DNA of 64,000 bases from an uncultured Deinococcaceae bacterium. GTDB taxonomy: Bacteria > Deinococcota > Deinococci > Deinococcales > Deinococcaceae. Every line of letters begins with the position of its first letter. Within the stretch, counting starts at the first letter, position 1. Below are positions 48,883-59,582 of the stretch, piece by piece. The notes below the pieces were generated by a model that was not told the origin of the DNA, searched no databases, and saw only the letters and a list, made by a program, of their open reading frames with translations. The DNA is taken from NCBI GenBank assembly GCA_964252075.1, contig CAXULY010000029.1, positions 1 to 64,000 on the forward strand, read 5' to 3'. The position numbers and the translations under genes were made by a program.

Positions 48883-49371
48883 TTACCAGGGCTCGGGCGG
48901 GCCGGGCAGGTCACCCTGGTCGAGGCGCGCGAGGGCCTCGCGCACGCTGCGCCCCAGGGTGGGGTGGCGCCAGTCCGGCGCGATGTCCGCGAGCGGCGCG
49001 AGCACGAAGGCCCGCTCGAAGGCGCGCGGGTGCGGCAGCGTGAGGCCCGGCGCGTCCAGCACGAGGTCGCCGTGGGCGATCAGGTCGAGGTCCAGCACGC
49101 GCGGTCCCCAGCGCTCGGCGCGCACGCGCCCGGCGCGCGCCTCGATGTCGAGCAGCGCGGCGAGCAGCGCCTGCGGCGCGAGGTCCGTGTGCAGGGCGAG
49201 CGCGGCGTTCAGGTAGTCCGGCTGGCCGGGCGGGCCGCCCACGGGCGCGGTGCGGTACAGCCCGGACACCGCGCGCACCCGCCCGAGGCGCCCGATTTCC
49301 GATCGGGCGGCCTCCAGCGCGGCGCGCGGCTCGCCGAGGTTGGCGCCCAGCGCAATCAGGGCTTCGGGGAT
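48883..49371 (-). CDS. folK: 2-amino-4-hydroxy-6-hydroxymethyldihydropteridine pyrophosphokinase (non-canonical start inferred)
   Basis: ALIALGANLG..LYRTAPVG..YLNAA..RWGPRVLDLDL..LPHPR..RAFVLAPL. No ATG/GTG/TTG lies upstream of the first conserved strand. Confidence 0.85.
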   Translation of the reverse strand: MPEALIALGANLGEPRAALEAARSEIGRLGRVRAVSGLYRTAPVGGPPGQPDYLNAALALHTDLAPQALLAALLDIEARAGRVRAERWGPRVLDLDLIAHGDLVLDAPGLTLPHPRAFERAFVLAPLADIAPDWRHPTLGRSVREALARLDQGDLPGPPEPW

Positions 49372-49730
49372 GCGCCCTCCCGGTCGAGCGTGAGTTCGGC
49401 GTACACGTCCCTGAACACGCCGGGGATGGGCGCGTGCGGTTTATGCACGCGCACCGTGACGGCCGCGAGGAGCGGCTGGCCCTCCAGCACGCGTCGGGCG
49501 ACGCGGTCCGCGAGCACCTCGATCAGCTGGTGGCGTTCCTCGGTCACCTCGCGCCGCACCGCCTCGTACACCTCCGCGTAGTTCGCGGCCTGCTGGATGT
49601 CGTCCGCGAGGCCCGCGAAGTCCCAGTGCAGTTCCACGTCCACCACGAAACGCGCGCCCAGCACCGCCTCCTCGGGCAGCACGCCGTGCCGCCCATGAAA
49701 TTCCATTCCGCTCAGCACGACCCGGCCCAT
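49356..49730 (-). CDS. folB: Dihydroneopterin aldolase
   Basis: GMEFHGRHGVLPEE..G.RFVVDV, NYAEVY, LIEVLA, VHKPHAPI. Confidence 0.92.
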   Translation of the reverse strand: MGRVVLSGMEFHGRHGVLPEEAVLGARFVVDVELHWDFAGLADDIQQAANYAEVYEAVRREVTEERHQLIEVLADRVARRVLEGQPLLAAVTVRVHKPHAPIPGVFRDVYAELTLDREGASPKP

Positions 49731-49782
49731 GCGCGGATTGTAGAGCGCGCGCGGGCCGCGCGGTGGTCGTAAGGTGGACGGC

Positions 49783-50307
49783 ATGAGCGAACCCACGCGT
49801 CCGCAGCCGAACGAGTACGACCCCTACTACGCCAAGTACGTCTCGAAAGTCGGGGAGGGCCCGCTGCTGGACGCCCTCGCGGCGAACGGGGCGCGCACCG
49901 CCGAGATCATCCGGAACCTCGACCCGGCGCGCGCGGATTTCGCGTACGCGCCCGGCAAGTGGAGCGTGCGGCAGGTGCTGGCGCACATGGCGGACGTCGA
50001 GCGGGTGTTCGCGTACCGCGCCCTGCACGCCGCGCGCGGCGGGGAGGGGGCCCTGCCCGGCATGGACGAGCAGCGCTGGGCCGAGGCGCGTGACGTGACG
50101 GGCGTGACGCTCGCGGACCTCGCGGCGGAACTCGCGGCGCTGCGGCAGGGCACGCTGCTGCTGCTGCGCCCCCTGCGGCCGCAGGACTGGTCGCGGTCGG
50201 TGCAGGCGAGCGGTGCGCAGGTGACGGTGCGGGCGCTGGCGTTCATGATCGCGGGGCATGAGCTGCACCACCAGGAGGCGCTGCGCGAGCGCTACGGCGC
50301 GCACTGA
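49783..50307 (+). CDS. DinB family protein
   Basis: YAPGKWSVRQVLAHMADVERVF..IAGHELHH. Confidence 0.85.
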   Translation: MSEPTRPQPNEYDPYYAKYVSKVGEGPLLDALAANGARTAEIIRNLDPARADFAYAPGKWSVRQVLAHMADVERVFAYRALHAARGGEGALPGMDEQRWAEARDVTGVTLADLAAELAALRQGTLLLLRPLRPQDWSRSVQASGAQVTVRALAFMIAGHELHHQEALRERYGAH

Positions 50308-50352
50308 CCGCTGCGCGCCGAGGCGTTCGCGGATGGAGGACAATGGTGGGAC

Positions 50353-51387
50353 ATGACTGAACTTCCGATCGTGGTGGTGGGCGCCTCGGCGGGCGGCATT
50401 GAGGCGCTGCGGCAGCTGGTGGCGGGCCTCCCACACGACCTGCCCGCGGCGGTGTGCGTGGTGCTGCACCTGGAGGCCGCCAGCCCGAGCGCCCTACCGT
50501 CCATCCTGAGCCGCGGGGGGCCGCTGCCCGCCCATCACCCCGCAGACGGCGAGGCGCTGGAGGCGGGACGCATCTACGTCGCGCCGCCCGACCATCACCT
50601 GATGGTGGACGGGGATCACGTGGCCGTGAAGCGCGGCCCGAAGGAGAGCCGCTTCCGGCCGTCGGTGGACGCGCTGTTCCGCTCGGCGGCGTACACGCAC
50701 GCGCCGCGCGTGATCGGGGTGGTGCTGTCCGGCGTGCTGGACGACGGCACCTCGGGCCTGTGGACCATCAAGCGTCTGGGGGGCGTGGCGGTGGTGCAGA
50801 GCCTCGCGGACGCCGCCTTCGACGCCATGCCGCGCCACGCGCTGGAGGAAGTGGACGTGGACCACGAGGTGACGGCGGCAGAGATGGGGCCGCTGCTGGC
50901 CCGGCTGGTGCGGGAGGGCGCGTGGGCCGCGCGGGAGGACCGCATGAACGATGAGGTGCGCGATCAGCTGAGGAAGCGACTGAAGCTGGAACTCAACATC
51001 GCCGCGCACGGTCCGGACGACCCGGACAGCGTGAGGCAGCTCGGTCCGTACTCCGCCTTCACCTGCCCGGAGTGCCACGGGGTGCTGGTGCAGTTCGAGG
51101 AGGGCGGACGCCTGCGGTTCCGCTGCCACACCGGCCACGCCTACACGCAGGCGTCCCTGCTGGCGGAGCTGTCCGAGGCGATCGAGGACAAGCTGTACCA
51201 GTCGCAGCGCGCCATGGAGGAAGGCATCCTGCTGCTGCGGCAGCTGGGCGCGCGAGGCGTGGGCCTCGCGGCGGAGCGCGTGACGTCCCTGCGGGAGCGG
51301 GTGCAGGAGGTGCAGGAGCGCGCGGACCTGATTCACCGCCTGACCCTGGACGGCACGTGGGCGCCCACGGACACCGTGGCGGACTGA
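50353..51387 (+). CDS. cheB: CheB-type methylesterase with a C-terminal Cys/His domain and no receiver domain
   Basis: VVGASAGG, VVLH, YVAPPDHHL, RPSVDALFRS, LSG.LDDG; then TCPECHG..FRCHTGH. Confidence 0.85.
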   Translation: MTELPIVVVGASAGGIEALRQLVAGLPHDLPAAVCVVLHLEAASPSALPSILSRGGPLPAHHPADGEALEAGRIYVAPPDHHLMVDGDHVAVKRGPKESRFRPSVDALFRSAAYTHAPRVIGVVLSGVLDDGTSGLWTIKRLGGVAVVQSLADAAFDAMPRHALEEVDVDHEVTAAEMGPLLARLVREGAWAAREDRMNDEVRDQLRKRLKLELNIAAHGPDDPDSVRQLGPYSAFTCPECHGVLVQFEEGGRLRFRCHTGHAYTQASLLAELSEAIEDKLYQSQRAMEEGILLLRQLGARGVGLAAERVTSLRERVQEVQERADLIHRLTLDGTWAPTDTVAD

Positions 51388-51436
51388 CCGCCGCGCGCCC
51401 GCGGGCGTGAGGGTCAGCGCCCCTGGGCGGGGCGCC

Positions 51437-54412
51437 TCAGGGGGCCGGGTCCGGCGCGCTCGCGGGGCCGCTGAGGTCCGCGCCCTCGCGCTCGGCGCGC
51501 TCCAGCAACTCCGTGACGTCCTCCAGCCGCAGGAGCAGCAGGGCGCGCTGGGTGTCCTCGCTGCCCACGGGCTGCGCCGCGACCTTCAGTTTGCGCGCGC
51601 CCACGCCGGGCAGCGTCACGTCCAGGATGAAGTCGTCCAGGCCGCGGTCGGTGTTCGCGACGTCGCGCAGCGCGTGCAGCAGCTCCGGCTGGTCCAGCAC
51701 GAAGTGCCCGATGTCGTACAGGTACGCGCCCTGCACCTGCGACTCCGTGGTGCGCAGCAGGTCGTACAGCGCCTGGTTCGCGCTCACCACGCGCAGCAGC
51801 CGGTCAAGGACCAGCACGGGGTCCGGCAGGCTGTTCAGGACCGCTTCGGCGGAGGAGAGCGCCTCCTGCAGCCGCTGCTCCAGCCCGCGGATCAGGTCGA
51901 TGTTCGTGAAGGCCACCACCACCCCGTCAATGAAGTTGTCGGAGGTGCGGTAGGGGCTGATGCGCATCAGGTACCACTGGCCGTCGTGCGTCTGCACCTG
52001 CGCCTCGAAGGCCTCCAGGGTCTCCAGCACGCGCGTGATGTCCCGCGACAGCTGCTCGTAGCGCAGGTTCACGCTGATGTCCGTCACGGGGCGCCCCACA
52101 TCCACCGCCGCGAGGTTGATGACGCGCGTGATGCGCGGCGTGAAGCGCTTGACGCGCAGGTCGTTCCCGAGGAACAGGGTCGCGATGCCCGCGCTGTCCA
52201 GCAGGTTGCGCATGTCGTCGTTCGCCTGCGCGTGGTCCTGAATGGCGCGCTGGTGCTCGGCGTTGATGGTGATGAGTTCCTCGTTCAGGGACTGCAGTTC
52301 CTCTTTGCTGGTGGTGAGTTCCTCGTTGCTGCTCTGCAGTTCCTCGTTCGTGGTCTGCAGTTCCTCGTTGGTGCTCTTGAGTTCCTCCATGCTGACCGCC
52401 ATCTCCTCGATGGTGGCCTGCAGGGACTCGCGGCTGTGCTGCAGTTCGCGCTCCAGCAGCAGCACGCGGTCGGTCTTCTCGGGCGTGCTGGGTTCGTCGC
52501 TGGCGTCCTCGTGCTCGTCGAAGATCACGAGCAGCAGGCCCGGCAGGGTGCCCGGCATGGGGCGCACGATCAGGTCCACGCGCCGGCGCGCGCCCTCAAT
52601 CTCGACGGACAGGTCCGCGCGCCGCACCTCGTGGCGCTCCTGACTGGCCTGCCGCAGCGCGGCGGGCAGTTCGTAGCGCAGGGTGTCGCGCGCCATGTCG
52701 AAGACGTTCGCGAGCGTCTTGCCGCTCGGGAACTCCAGGTACCGGGCGGTGCGGCCATTCACGAACAGGATCTCGCCGGATTCATTCACCACCACGGCGG
52801 GCGGCGCGAACTCCGCGAGCAGCATGGACTGCGTCTGGTGCGAGAGGTCCGGTGGGCGCGTGATGCGCGCGGGTGAACCGATGACGTCCTGGTTGGGGGC
52901 CAGCGCGCTCATGCCCGGCGCGTGCCCGACGGGCAGCGGGCCGGGCGAGCCGGGACCGCGCTGGAAGATCTTCCAGCGGCCGTTCAGCGGCAGGAAACGG
53001 TCGCGTTCCGTGCCGATGGTCTCGCTCGCGCCGAGGAACAGCAGGGCCTGCGGGCGCAGCGCGTAGTAGAAGAGCGCCATGATGTGCTGCTGCAGGTCCG
53101 ACCCCAGGTAGATCAGCATGTTGCGGCAGCACAGCAGGTCCAGGCGCGTGAAGGGCGGGTCCCCGAAGGTGTTGTGCACCGCGAACACCAGCAGGTCGCG
53201 CACCTCGGCGCGCACCTGGTACCCGCCGTCTTTCGGGGTAAAGAAGCGCTCCAGCCGCTCGGGCGTCACGACGTACGCGATGTCCTGCGGGTACAGGCCG
53301 TACCGCGCCTTGTTCACGGCCTCGCCGTCAATGTCCGTCGCGAAGATTTGCACCTTGAGGGTGCGGTGGTCCTTGAGTTCATCCAGCAGTTCCATCAGGA
53401 CGATGGCAACGGAGTAGGCTTCCTCGCCCGTGGAGCAGCCCGCAATCCAGATGCGGAAGGCGTCCAGGTCCTGCTTGTGCGCCATGATGTACTCGCGCAT
53501 GTGGTCCTTCAGGGCGTCGAAGGCGTCCACGTCGCGGAAGAAACTCGTGACGTTGATGGTGAAGTCCTGGAAGAGCGCCTCGACTTCCTCGGGGTTGTCC
53601 TGCAGCATCCGCACGTACTGCGCCACGTCGTTCATGCGGTAGCCCTTCATGCGGCGGTCAATGCGGCGCACCAGGGTGCTGCGCTTGTAGCGCGTGAAGT
53701 CATGCCCGGTGCGCACGCGCACCAGCCGCAGGATCTTCTGCAGGGCCACGCCGCCCTGGCCGCCGCCGAGCCCCTCGTCTGGCTGGCGCGCGCGGGTGCG
53801 CGTCACGAGCTCCACGAGGCGCGGCGCGAGGTCCTCGGCGGACAGCACGTCACTCGCGAGCTGCGTGTTCACGGCGCTGCGCGGCATGGACGGGTACTCG
53901 GCGCTGTCGGGGCTCTGCACCAGCACCAGCCCGAAGTGCTCCTTGATGGCCTGCACGCCGCGCGTGCCGTCACTGCCCATGCCGGACAGGATGATGCCGA
54001 CCGCGTGCTCGCCCTGATCCGCGGCGAGGCTCGCGAAGAAGTGATCAATGACGAGGCCCGAGGCTTCCTGCAGGTCGTCGAGCAGCAGCGTGCCGTTCAT
54101 GACGCTCATGCTGCGTCCGGGCGGGAGGACGTACACGTGGTCCGGTTTCAGGGCCTGACCGTCCTCGGCGCGCAGCACCGGCAGGGGCGTGCAGCGCTGC
54201 AGGATCTCCGGCATCAGGCCCCGCTGCCGCGGGTCGAGGTGCGGCACCACCACGAACGCCATGCCAGTGCCGGGTGGGAGGTTCAGGAAGAAGCGCTCGT
54301 AGCCGTCCAGCGCGCCCGCCGAGCCGCCAATGGCCACCACGGCGCGCGACCGGTCCGGGGTGGATTCGGCTGGAGTGGAGTGGTGGTCGGGCGCGCTGGG
54401 TTCTTCGGGCAT
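51437..54412 (-). CDS. CheB-CheR fusion with coiled coil and PAS domains
   Basis: [50 protein letters not shown]; repeated xNEEL heptads; PAS-like C-terminus. Confidence 0.88.
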   Translation of the reverse strand: MPEEPSAPDHHSTPAESTPDRSRAVVAIGGSAGALDGYERFFLNLPPGTGMAFVVVPHLDPRQRGLMPEILQRCTPLPVLRAEDGQALKPDHVYVLPPGRSMSVMNGTLLLDDLQEASGLVIDHFFASLAADQGEHAVGIILSGMGSDGTRGVQAIKEHFGLVLVQSPDSAEYPSMPRSAVNTQLASDVLSAEDLAPRLVELVTRTRARQPDEGLGGGQGGVALQKILRLVRVRTGHDFTRYKRSTLVRRIDRRMKGYRMNDVAQYVRMLQDNPEEVEALFQDFTINVTSFFRDVDAFDALKDHMREYIMAHKQDLDAFRIWIAGCSTGEEAYSVAIVLMELLDELKDHRTLKVQIFATDIDGEAVNKARYGLYPQDIAYVVTPERLERFFTPKDGGYQVRAEVRDLLVFAVHNTFGDPPFTRLDLLCCRNMLIYLGSDLQQHIMALFYYALRPQALLFLGASETIGTERDRFLPLNGRWKIFQRGPGSPGPLPVGHAPGMSALAPNQDVIGSPARITRPPDLSHQTQSMLLAEFAPPAVVVNESGEILFVNGRTARYLEFPSGKTLANVFDMARDTLRYELPAALRQASQERHEVRRADLSVEIEGARRRVDLIVRPMPGTLPGLLLVIFDEHEDASDEPSTPEKTDRVLLLERELQHSRESLQATIEEMAVSMEELKSTNEELQTTNEELQSSNEELTTSKEELQSLNEELITINAEHQRAIQDHAQANDDMRNLLDSAGIATLFLGNDLRVKRFTPRITRVINLAAVDVGRPVTDISVNLRYEQLSRDITRVLETLEAFEAQVQTHDGQWYLMRISPYRTSDNFIDGVVVAFTNIDLIRGLEQRLQEALSSAEAVLNSLPDPVLVLDRLLRVVSANQALYDLLRTTESQVQGAYLYDIGHFVLDQPELLHALRDVANTDRGLDDFILDVTLPGVGARKLKVAAQPVGSEDTQRALLLLRLEDVTELLERAEREGADLSGPASAPDPAP

Positions 54413-54622
54413 GTCAGGGTCTCCGTGTGGCGGGAATGTGCCGCGTCAGGCCGAGTCTAGCGCCCGGCCCAGCCGGGTATTGTTCCGGCGCGGCGCGCCC
54501 TTCTCGCAACGTTCATGCTCCACCTGACGCGCGGATGTGAGCGCTACAGTAACCCTTGTAACAGGACCCACACACTTGACGAACGCCTCGACTGCTTTCT
54601 TAGTTGCCTGCGGAGCCCAGCC

Positions 54623-55948
54623 ATGAGTCCCCAAACCCCTGATGCCCTCCGCGAGCAGGCCGAACGCCTGCTCAATGAACGTGCAGAAGCGCCGCGGCCC
54701 CCCGCCGTGCAGGACCGGGAACAGCTGATCCGCGACCTGATGCGCCAGCAGCAGGAACTGCAGGTCCATCAGGTGGAGCTGCAGTTGCAGAACCAGCAGC
54801 TGCTCCAGGCGAACGCGGAGCTGGAGGAAGCGCGCCGCGAGTACCAGGAGCTGTTCGACGGCGCGCCCGTCGGGTACCTGACGCTCACGAACAGCGGCAT
54901 GATCGTGCGCTCGAACCTCACGGCGGCAACGCAGCTGCACGTGGAGCGCCTGCGCCTGACGGGTCGGCGCTTCTCCGCGTACGTGGCGCCGGAAGGCGCG
55001 AGCACCTTCGCGCTCACCCTGCGCCGCGTCTTCGAGGGCCCCGTGAAACGCACGGTGGAACTGCCCATGGTCGCCACCGACGGCTCCACCTTCACGGCGC
55101 TGCTGGACATCGTCGCGGTGCCCAGCGAGGGCGGGCTGCTGCGGCACTGCCACGTCACCATGACGGACATCACCGCGCAGCGCCGCGCGCAGGACGAGGT
55201 GCTGCGCCTGAACGCCACGCTGGAGGAACGCGTGGAGCGCCGCACGCGCCAGATCCGCGAGCTGGACGAGGAACTCGAGACCTTCGTGTACGCCGTCACG
55301 CACGATCTCATGACGCCACTGCGGCACATCCGGAGCTTCACGCAGTTACTCAGCGAGGCCACCCCCACCCAGACGGACCAGCAGGCGCGGCACCTGCAGC
55401 ACGTCGATCAGTCCGTGGAGCGCATGGAGCTGCTGCTGCGCGCGCTGCTGGATTTTTTCCGCACGGGGCAGCAGCGCATCCGCTTCCAGGACGTGGACCT
55501 GGGTCGCCTCGTGCGGGAGGTGCGCAAGGACCTCGCGCCGGAACTCGCGGGCCGCGAGGTGCAGCTGAGCACCGACGCCCTGCCCGTCGTGTACGGCGAC
55601 CGCATGACCCTCCAGCTGGCCCTCACGAACCTGCTGCACAACGCCGTGAAGTTCACGCGGGGCCGCCCGAACGCCCGCATCCGCGTCTTCGCGCGCAGCA
55701 CGGACCGCGAGCACGTGATCGCCGTGGAGGACAATGGCGTGGGCTTCAACATGCGCCAGAAGGACCGCCTGTTCGGGGTCTTCCAGCGCCTGCACAGCGA
55801 CCGCGAGTTCGAAGGCACCGGCATCGGGCTGGCGCTGGTGCGGCGCATCGTGCACCGCCACGGCGGCCGCGTGTGGGCGGAGGGCTTCCCGGACCGCGGC
55901 GCGACGTTCTTCTTCAGCCTGCCCAAGGACCGCGAAACGCGCGACTGA
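54623..55948 (+). CDS. Cytoplasmic PAS-domain sensor histidine kinase
   Basis: H-box AVTHDLMTPL, N-box NLLHNAVKFT, EDNGVGF, LFGVFQRLH, GTGIGLA. Confidence 0.9.
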   Translation: MSPQTPDALREQAERLLNERAEAPRPPAVQDREQLIRDLMRQQQELQVHQVELQLQNQQLLQANAELEEARREYQELFDGAPVGYLTLTNSGMIVRSNLTAATQLHVERLRLTGRRFSAYVAPEGASTFALTLRRVFEGPVKRTVELPMVATDGSTFTALLDIVAVPSEGGLLRHCHVTMTDITAQRRAQDEVLRLNATLEERVERRTRQIRELDEELETFVYAVTHDLMTPLRHIRSFTQLLSEATPTQTDQQARHLQHVDQSVERMELLLRALLDFFRTGQQRIRFQDVDLGRLVREVRKDLAPELAGREVQLSTDALPVVYGDRMTLQLALTNLLHNAVKFTRGRPNARIRVFARSTDREHVIAVEDNGVGFNMRQKDRLFGVFQRLHSDREFEGTGIGLALVRRIVHRHGGRVWAEGFPDRGATFFFSLPKDRETRD

Positions 55949-56323
55949 CGGCACGCCGAGCCTGAAGTAATCCGCACGGCGGACAAGGGCGCGGGGCACC
56001 CTGAGAGCTGCCCACCAACGCCCAGCAAAAGCGAACGGCACCACTTCAGGCATGGTTTTCCAGGAAGGTCGTGCAGCCGCGGCGCCGCCGAGGTAAGGGC
56101 GACGTTTCGCGAGGCGACCCCCGCACGTTCAGCATGAGCTGGCGGGTGTCCTGAAGATCAAGGCGGGGTGCGCCACCTGACTTGTCCGAACCTTGAGCGG
56201 CGGCTCAGCCCGGCGCGCAAAGCGGTCAAGCGGCCCTTAGGCGCCTCAAGGCCAACCTTGAGGCGCGCGGTTTAGGCTGACCGGGCGCGCCAAGAGGGGC
56301 GGGCGCGCTGGAAAGGACACCTC

Positions 56324-56929
56324 ATGCACAACCACTTCGACGGGCCGTTCATGGCCGCGGACGACAGCGAGGACCGCAGCTCCGGCACTGGCACGAGTGA
56401 CTCCGGTGACATCGCGGACACCGACGGGACGGACACCGGGCCGGAACCGGAACTGGCGGACACCAAGGACCGCCGCGTGTCGAGCATCGAGGAGGACGAC
56501 TCCGGCGACGTGATCGGCGACGAGGGCAACGAAGGCCCGCAGCTGGAGGACGAGCTGGGCGCGGTCCTGAACCCGCCGGGCGACCCGGACACGCTGCCCG
56601 GCATGGTGCACGACCTGGGCGTGGATGCGGCGCTGCGCGAGGAGATGTTCGACAACGCCCGCAACTTCGGGCTGGACGAGCAGCCCATCAACGTGAACGA
56701 CGAGCGCGCCTTCGACGACGGCCTGCCGGGCAGCTGGTCGGACTTCAGTCCGGTGGCGGCCGAGACGTCCGAGCTGGAGAACGCCACGCCCGACGGCATC
56801 GCGCCGCGCTTCGCAAACCCCAACCAGGACGGCGGCGGGCACGTGAAGGGGCCGCGCGTGGGCGGCTCGGGCGGCATTGACGGTGGCCCGGCGCGCACCA
56901 CGCCACTGCCCGGCACCGAGGAGAGCTGA
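56324..56929 (+). CDS. Highly acidic, probably disordered hypothetical protein
   Basis: AAAGGA RBS; Asp/Glu/Gly-rich ORF with GC3 bias, followed by a hairpin. Confidence 0.7.
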   Translation: MHNHFDGPFMAADDSEDRSSGTGTSDSGDIADTDGTDTGPEPELADTKDRRVSSIEEDDSGDVIGDEGNEGPQLEDELGAVLNPPGDPDTLPGMVHDLGVDAALREEMFDNARNFGLDEQPINVNDERAFDDGLPGSWSDFSPVAAETSELENATPDGIAPRFANPNQDGGGHVKGPRVGGSGGIDGGPARTTPLPGTEES

Positions 56930-56952
56930 GCGACGCTCTGCCCACACCACGC

Positions 56953-56990
56953 CGTGGGGGCGGGATCACTGACGTGATCCCGCCCCCACG
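56953..56990. terminator. Long hairpin after the acidic protein gene
   Basis: CGTGGGGGCGGGATCAC/GTGATCCCGCCCCCACG. Confidence 0.65.
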
Positions 56991-57079
56991 TTCATGACGC
57001 CCGGAAGGCACCTGCAAGACCGACACCATCACTCCCTCTTACGACGTGCACGAGCTGAGCGGGGACTTGCCGATGCTGC

Positions 57080-57598
57080 ACTAGACGGTGCCAGCCTGCC
57101 GCCCACGTCCCTCAACAACGCCGCCAGCACGCAGCAACCGCAGGTCGTAACGGACCGTCTGAGTGCGGTGTACAAGACGGGCTTCGCGGAGGCCGCCGGG
57201 CAGCACACCTGCAGCCGCCAGCTCACCGGGCAGATTGACGAGACCTGCGCAGGTCGCGCAGTTCATTCCCGCGCCGAGCGCAGCAGGTGGTGTTCCCGCA
57301 GGACGCTGGAGAAGGTAGAGGCGGGCGCACAGGCGCTCGTGGACATCATGGCCTTCGGCGCGTCCGTCAGGCACCTAAGCGCGCTGGACAAGCAGCGAGG
57401 CGGCCCTACTGGACTCCCTGTGGCGCGGTGTGGATGGCGGGTGCTGGGGGTGACCTGACCGGGCAGCCCCTGATGCAGCGCTTCGGGGTGCTGGGCGTGA
57501 TACGAGCGTCGCTGGCGGTATACAACAAGCCGGAGGAAATGGACCAGCTGATTATGGGCGTGGAGCGTTTCCTGAGTGAGGGGCGCCGGGACGCCTGA
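57080..57598 (+). pseudogene. Decayed SufS-type cysteine desulfurase
   Basis: Fragments in different frames: LNNAASTQQPQVVTDRLS (N-terminal motif), AQVAQFIPAP, AGAQALVD, and QPLMQRFGV..IRASLAVYNKPEEMDQL (C-terminal motif). Far too short for an intact gene. Confidence 0.7.
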
Positions 57599-57865
57599 GG
57601 ACGGGCAGGGCGCGCGGGCGCCCTGCCCGTCTGCCGTTCAGGAGGGGCGACGGGGTGCACATGATCGCCTCAACAAACCGAGGCATTCGCCCCGACCGCA
57701 CCTGATACAGTGGTGCCTCGCTGGCAGGTGGCCCGTGTGGGCGGCCTGGCGACCACCCCTCCTCCGTTCACCCCAGCACCGTCCATGTATGGCGGGTCTT
57801 GCGCATTGACTGAAAGCTGCTATGATGTCCTGCGTAAAAGGCACGCACATAAACTGGGGTCTGCC

Positions 57866-57895
57866 TTGACAGATCGGCCCCTCGAAGCATACAAT
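57866..57895 (+). promoter_or_regulatory. Near-consensus sigma70 promoter upstream of the sigma factor gene
   Basis: TTGACA-18 nt-TACAAT. A second candidate (TTGCGC-16 nt-TATGAT) lies at about 57799-57826. Confidence 0.65.
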
Positions 57896-58338
57896 GGGTT
57901 CTGTGTCCGAGAGACGCAGAGCCTTGAACTGACGTGAGAGGCCGCCAGCTGTGCCCTCGCGCACAGCCGAGCGTTTCAGGCACGGACCGTTCAGCAGACC
58001 AGCCGGTTCCCTGAGCGGAGCCCCGCGCGGTTGCCAGCACCACCGGCGCCACACGAGCGGCGCGTACACGATTCACCCCTTCGCAAAATGGGCGCCAGCA
58101 CCACCGGCGGTCCCATGCAGAATGCCCCTGGCCCGGCTGGGTTCGTCCCTCCGGCCCCACGGTCCCTGACCGAGCGTCACCGGTCGGCGCATCACCCTGG
58201 GCACACGCTCACCGCGGCGTGCCCACGCCCGCCACGCCAGGGGGCCGCACCACCCGGACCGCGTCCGTCTCAACCCGCTCGCCGCTTCGGGCTTCGGGCC
58301 CGAACCCAGGCGACTGTTTCTTCTCTGGAGATCACCAC

Positions 58339-59529
58339 ATGCTGACCAAATCAGACAACACCAACGAAGCGCCGCGCCCCCGCACGCGGCGGGCGGGCAC
58401 CAGCACCAAGACCAAGGCCGCGAAGACCGCCGCCGAACCCACCCCGCAGGCCACGTCGGCGGACCTCGAACCGACCGAACTGGAGTTCGATGCGGCCGCC
58501 CTCGCCCTGGAAGGCGAGGAGATCGCCGCCGACCTCGACGAGGACGTCGAGCTGAGCCCCGCCGAGACCGAAGAGGAACCGGAGATCAACGTGGAGGGCG
58601 CCGAGGCGGCCTTCCAGGGCGACTCGCTGCGCCAGTACCTGCACGAGATCGGCCGCGTGCCGCTGCTGCAGGCCGTCGAGGAGATTGACCTCGCGCGCCG
58701 CATGGAGGACGGCGAGGCCGCCCGCGCGCGCCTGGAGGCCGAGCCGGACCTCGACGACCGCCAGCGCCGCGGCCTGCAGCGCCAGGTGGAGGACGGCGAC
58801 GCCGCGAAGCAGGGCCTCATCGAGGCGAACCTGCGCCTCGTGGTGAGCATCGCCAAGAAGTACAGCAACCGCGGCCTGAACCTCCTCGACCTGATTCAGG
58901 AAGGCAACACCGGCCTGATTCGCGCCGTCGAGAAGTTCGAGTACCGCCGCGGCTACAAGTTCAGCACCTACGCCACGTGGTGGATCCGTCAGGCCGTGAA
59001 CCGCGCCATCGCGGACAAGTCCCGCACCATTCGCGTGCCGGTGCACATGGTGGAGACCATCAACCGCCTCGCGCGCACCACGCGCTTGCTGGAAGCCGAG
59101 CTGTCCCGCGAGCCGAGCGACGAGGAGATCGCCGAGGCGATGGGTCCCGGCTGGGACACCGCGAAGGTCGAGGAGACCCAGAAGATCAGCCGCGAGCCGA
59201 TCTCCCTGGAGACGCCCATCGGCGACGAGGGCGACAGCTTCTACGGCGACTTCATTCCCGACGAGCAGTTCACCTCCCCCGCCGAGAACGCCAACCAGGC
59301 GCTCCTCAGTGAGGCGCTTGAGCAGGCCTTCGACACCCTCGGTGAGCGCGAGGCGCTGGTCCTGAAGCTCCGCAACGGCTTCGTGGACGGCCACGAGCAC
59401 ACGCTGGAGGAAGTCGGCCGTCACCTGAACGTGACGCGCGAGCGCGTCCGCCAGATTGAGAACAAGGCGCTGCGCAAGCTGAAGTACCAGGAGAGCCGCA
59501 GCCGCAGCCTGTACGACTTCCTGGAGTGA
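58339..59529 (+). CDS. rpoD: RpoD-family (group 1/2) sigma-70 factor
   Basis: [75 protein letters not shown]. May be a paralog rather than the primary sigma. Confidence 0.88.
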   Translation: MLTKSDNTNEAPRPRTRRAGTSTKTKAAKTAAEPTPQATSADLEPTELEFDAAALALEGEEIAADLDEDVELSPAETEEEPEINVEGAEAAFQGDSLRQYLHEIGRVPLLQAVEEIDLARRMEDGEAARARLEAEPDLDDRQRRGLQRQVEDGDAAKQGLIEANLRLVVSIAKKYSNRGLNLLDLIQEGNTGLIRAVEKFEYRRGYKFSTYATWWIRQAVNRAIADKSRTIRVPVHMVETINRLARTTRLLEAELSREPSDEEIAEAMGPGWDTAKVEETQKISREPISLETPIGDEGDSFYGDFIPDEQFTSPAENANQALLSEALEQAFDTLGEREALVLKLRNGFVDGHEHTLEEVGRHLNVTRERVRQIENKALRKLKYQESRSRSLYDFLE

Positions 59530-59540
59530 GCGAACCGGAG

Positions 59541-59572
59541 GAAGGCCCCGACCCGTGCGGTCGGGGCCTTTT
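59541..59572 (+). terminator. Intrinsic terminator after the sigma factor gene
   Basis: AAGGCCCCGACC/GGTCGGGGCCTT followed by TT. Confidence 0.8.
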
Positions 59573-59582
59573 CCTGTGGCGT

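Noticed and set aside
50353..54412. Chemotaxis operon
   Set aside because: No MCP, CheA, CheW, CheY or flagellar genes; CheB lacks a receiver domain.
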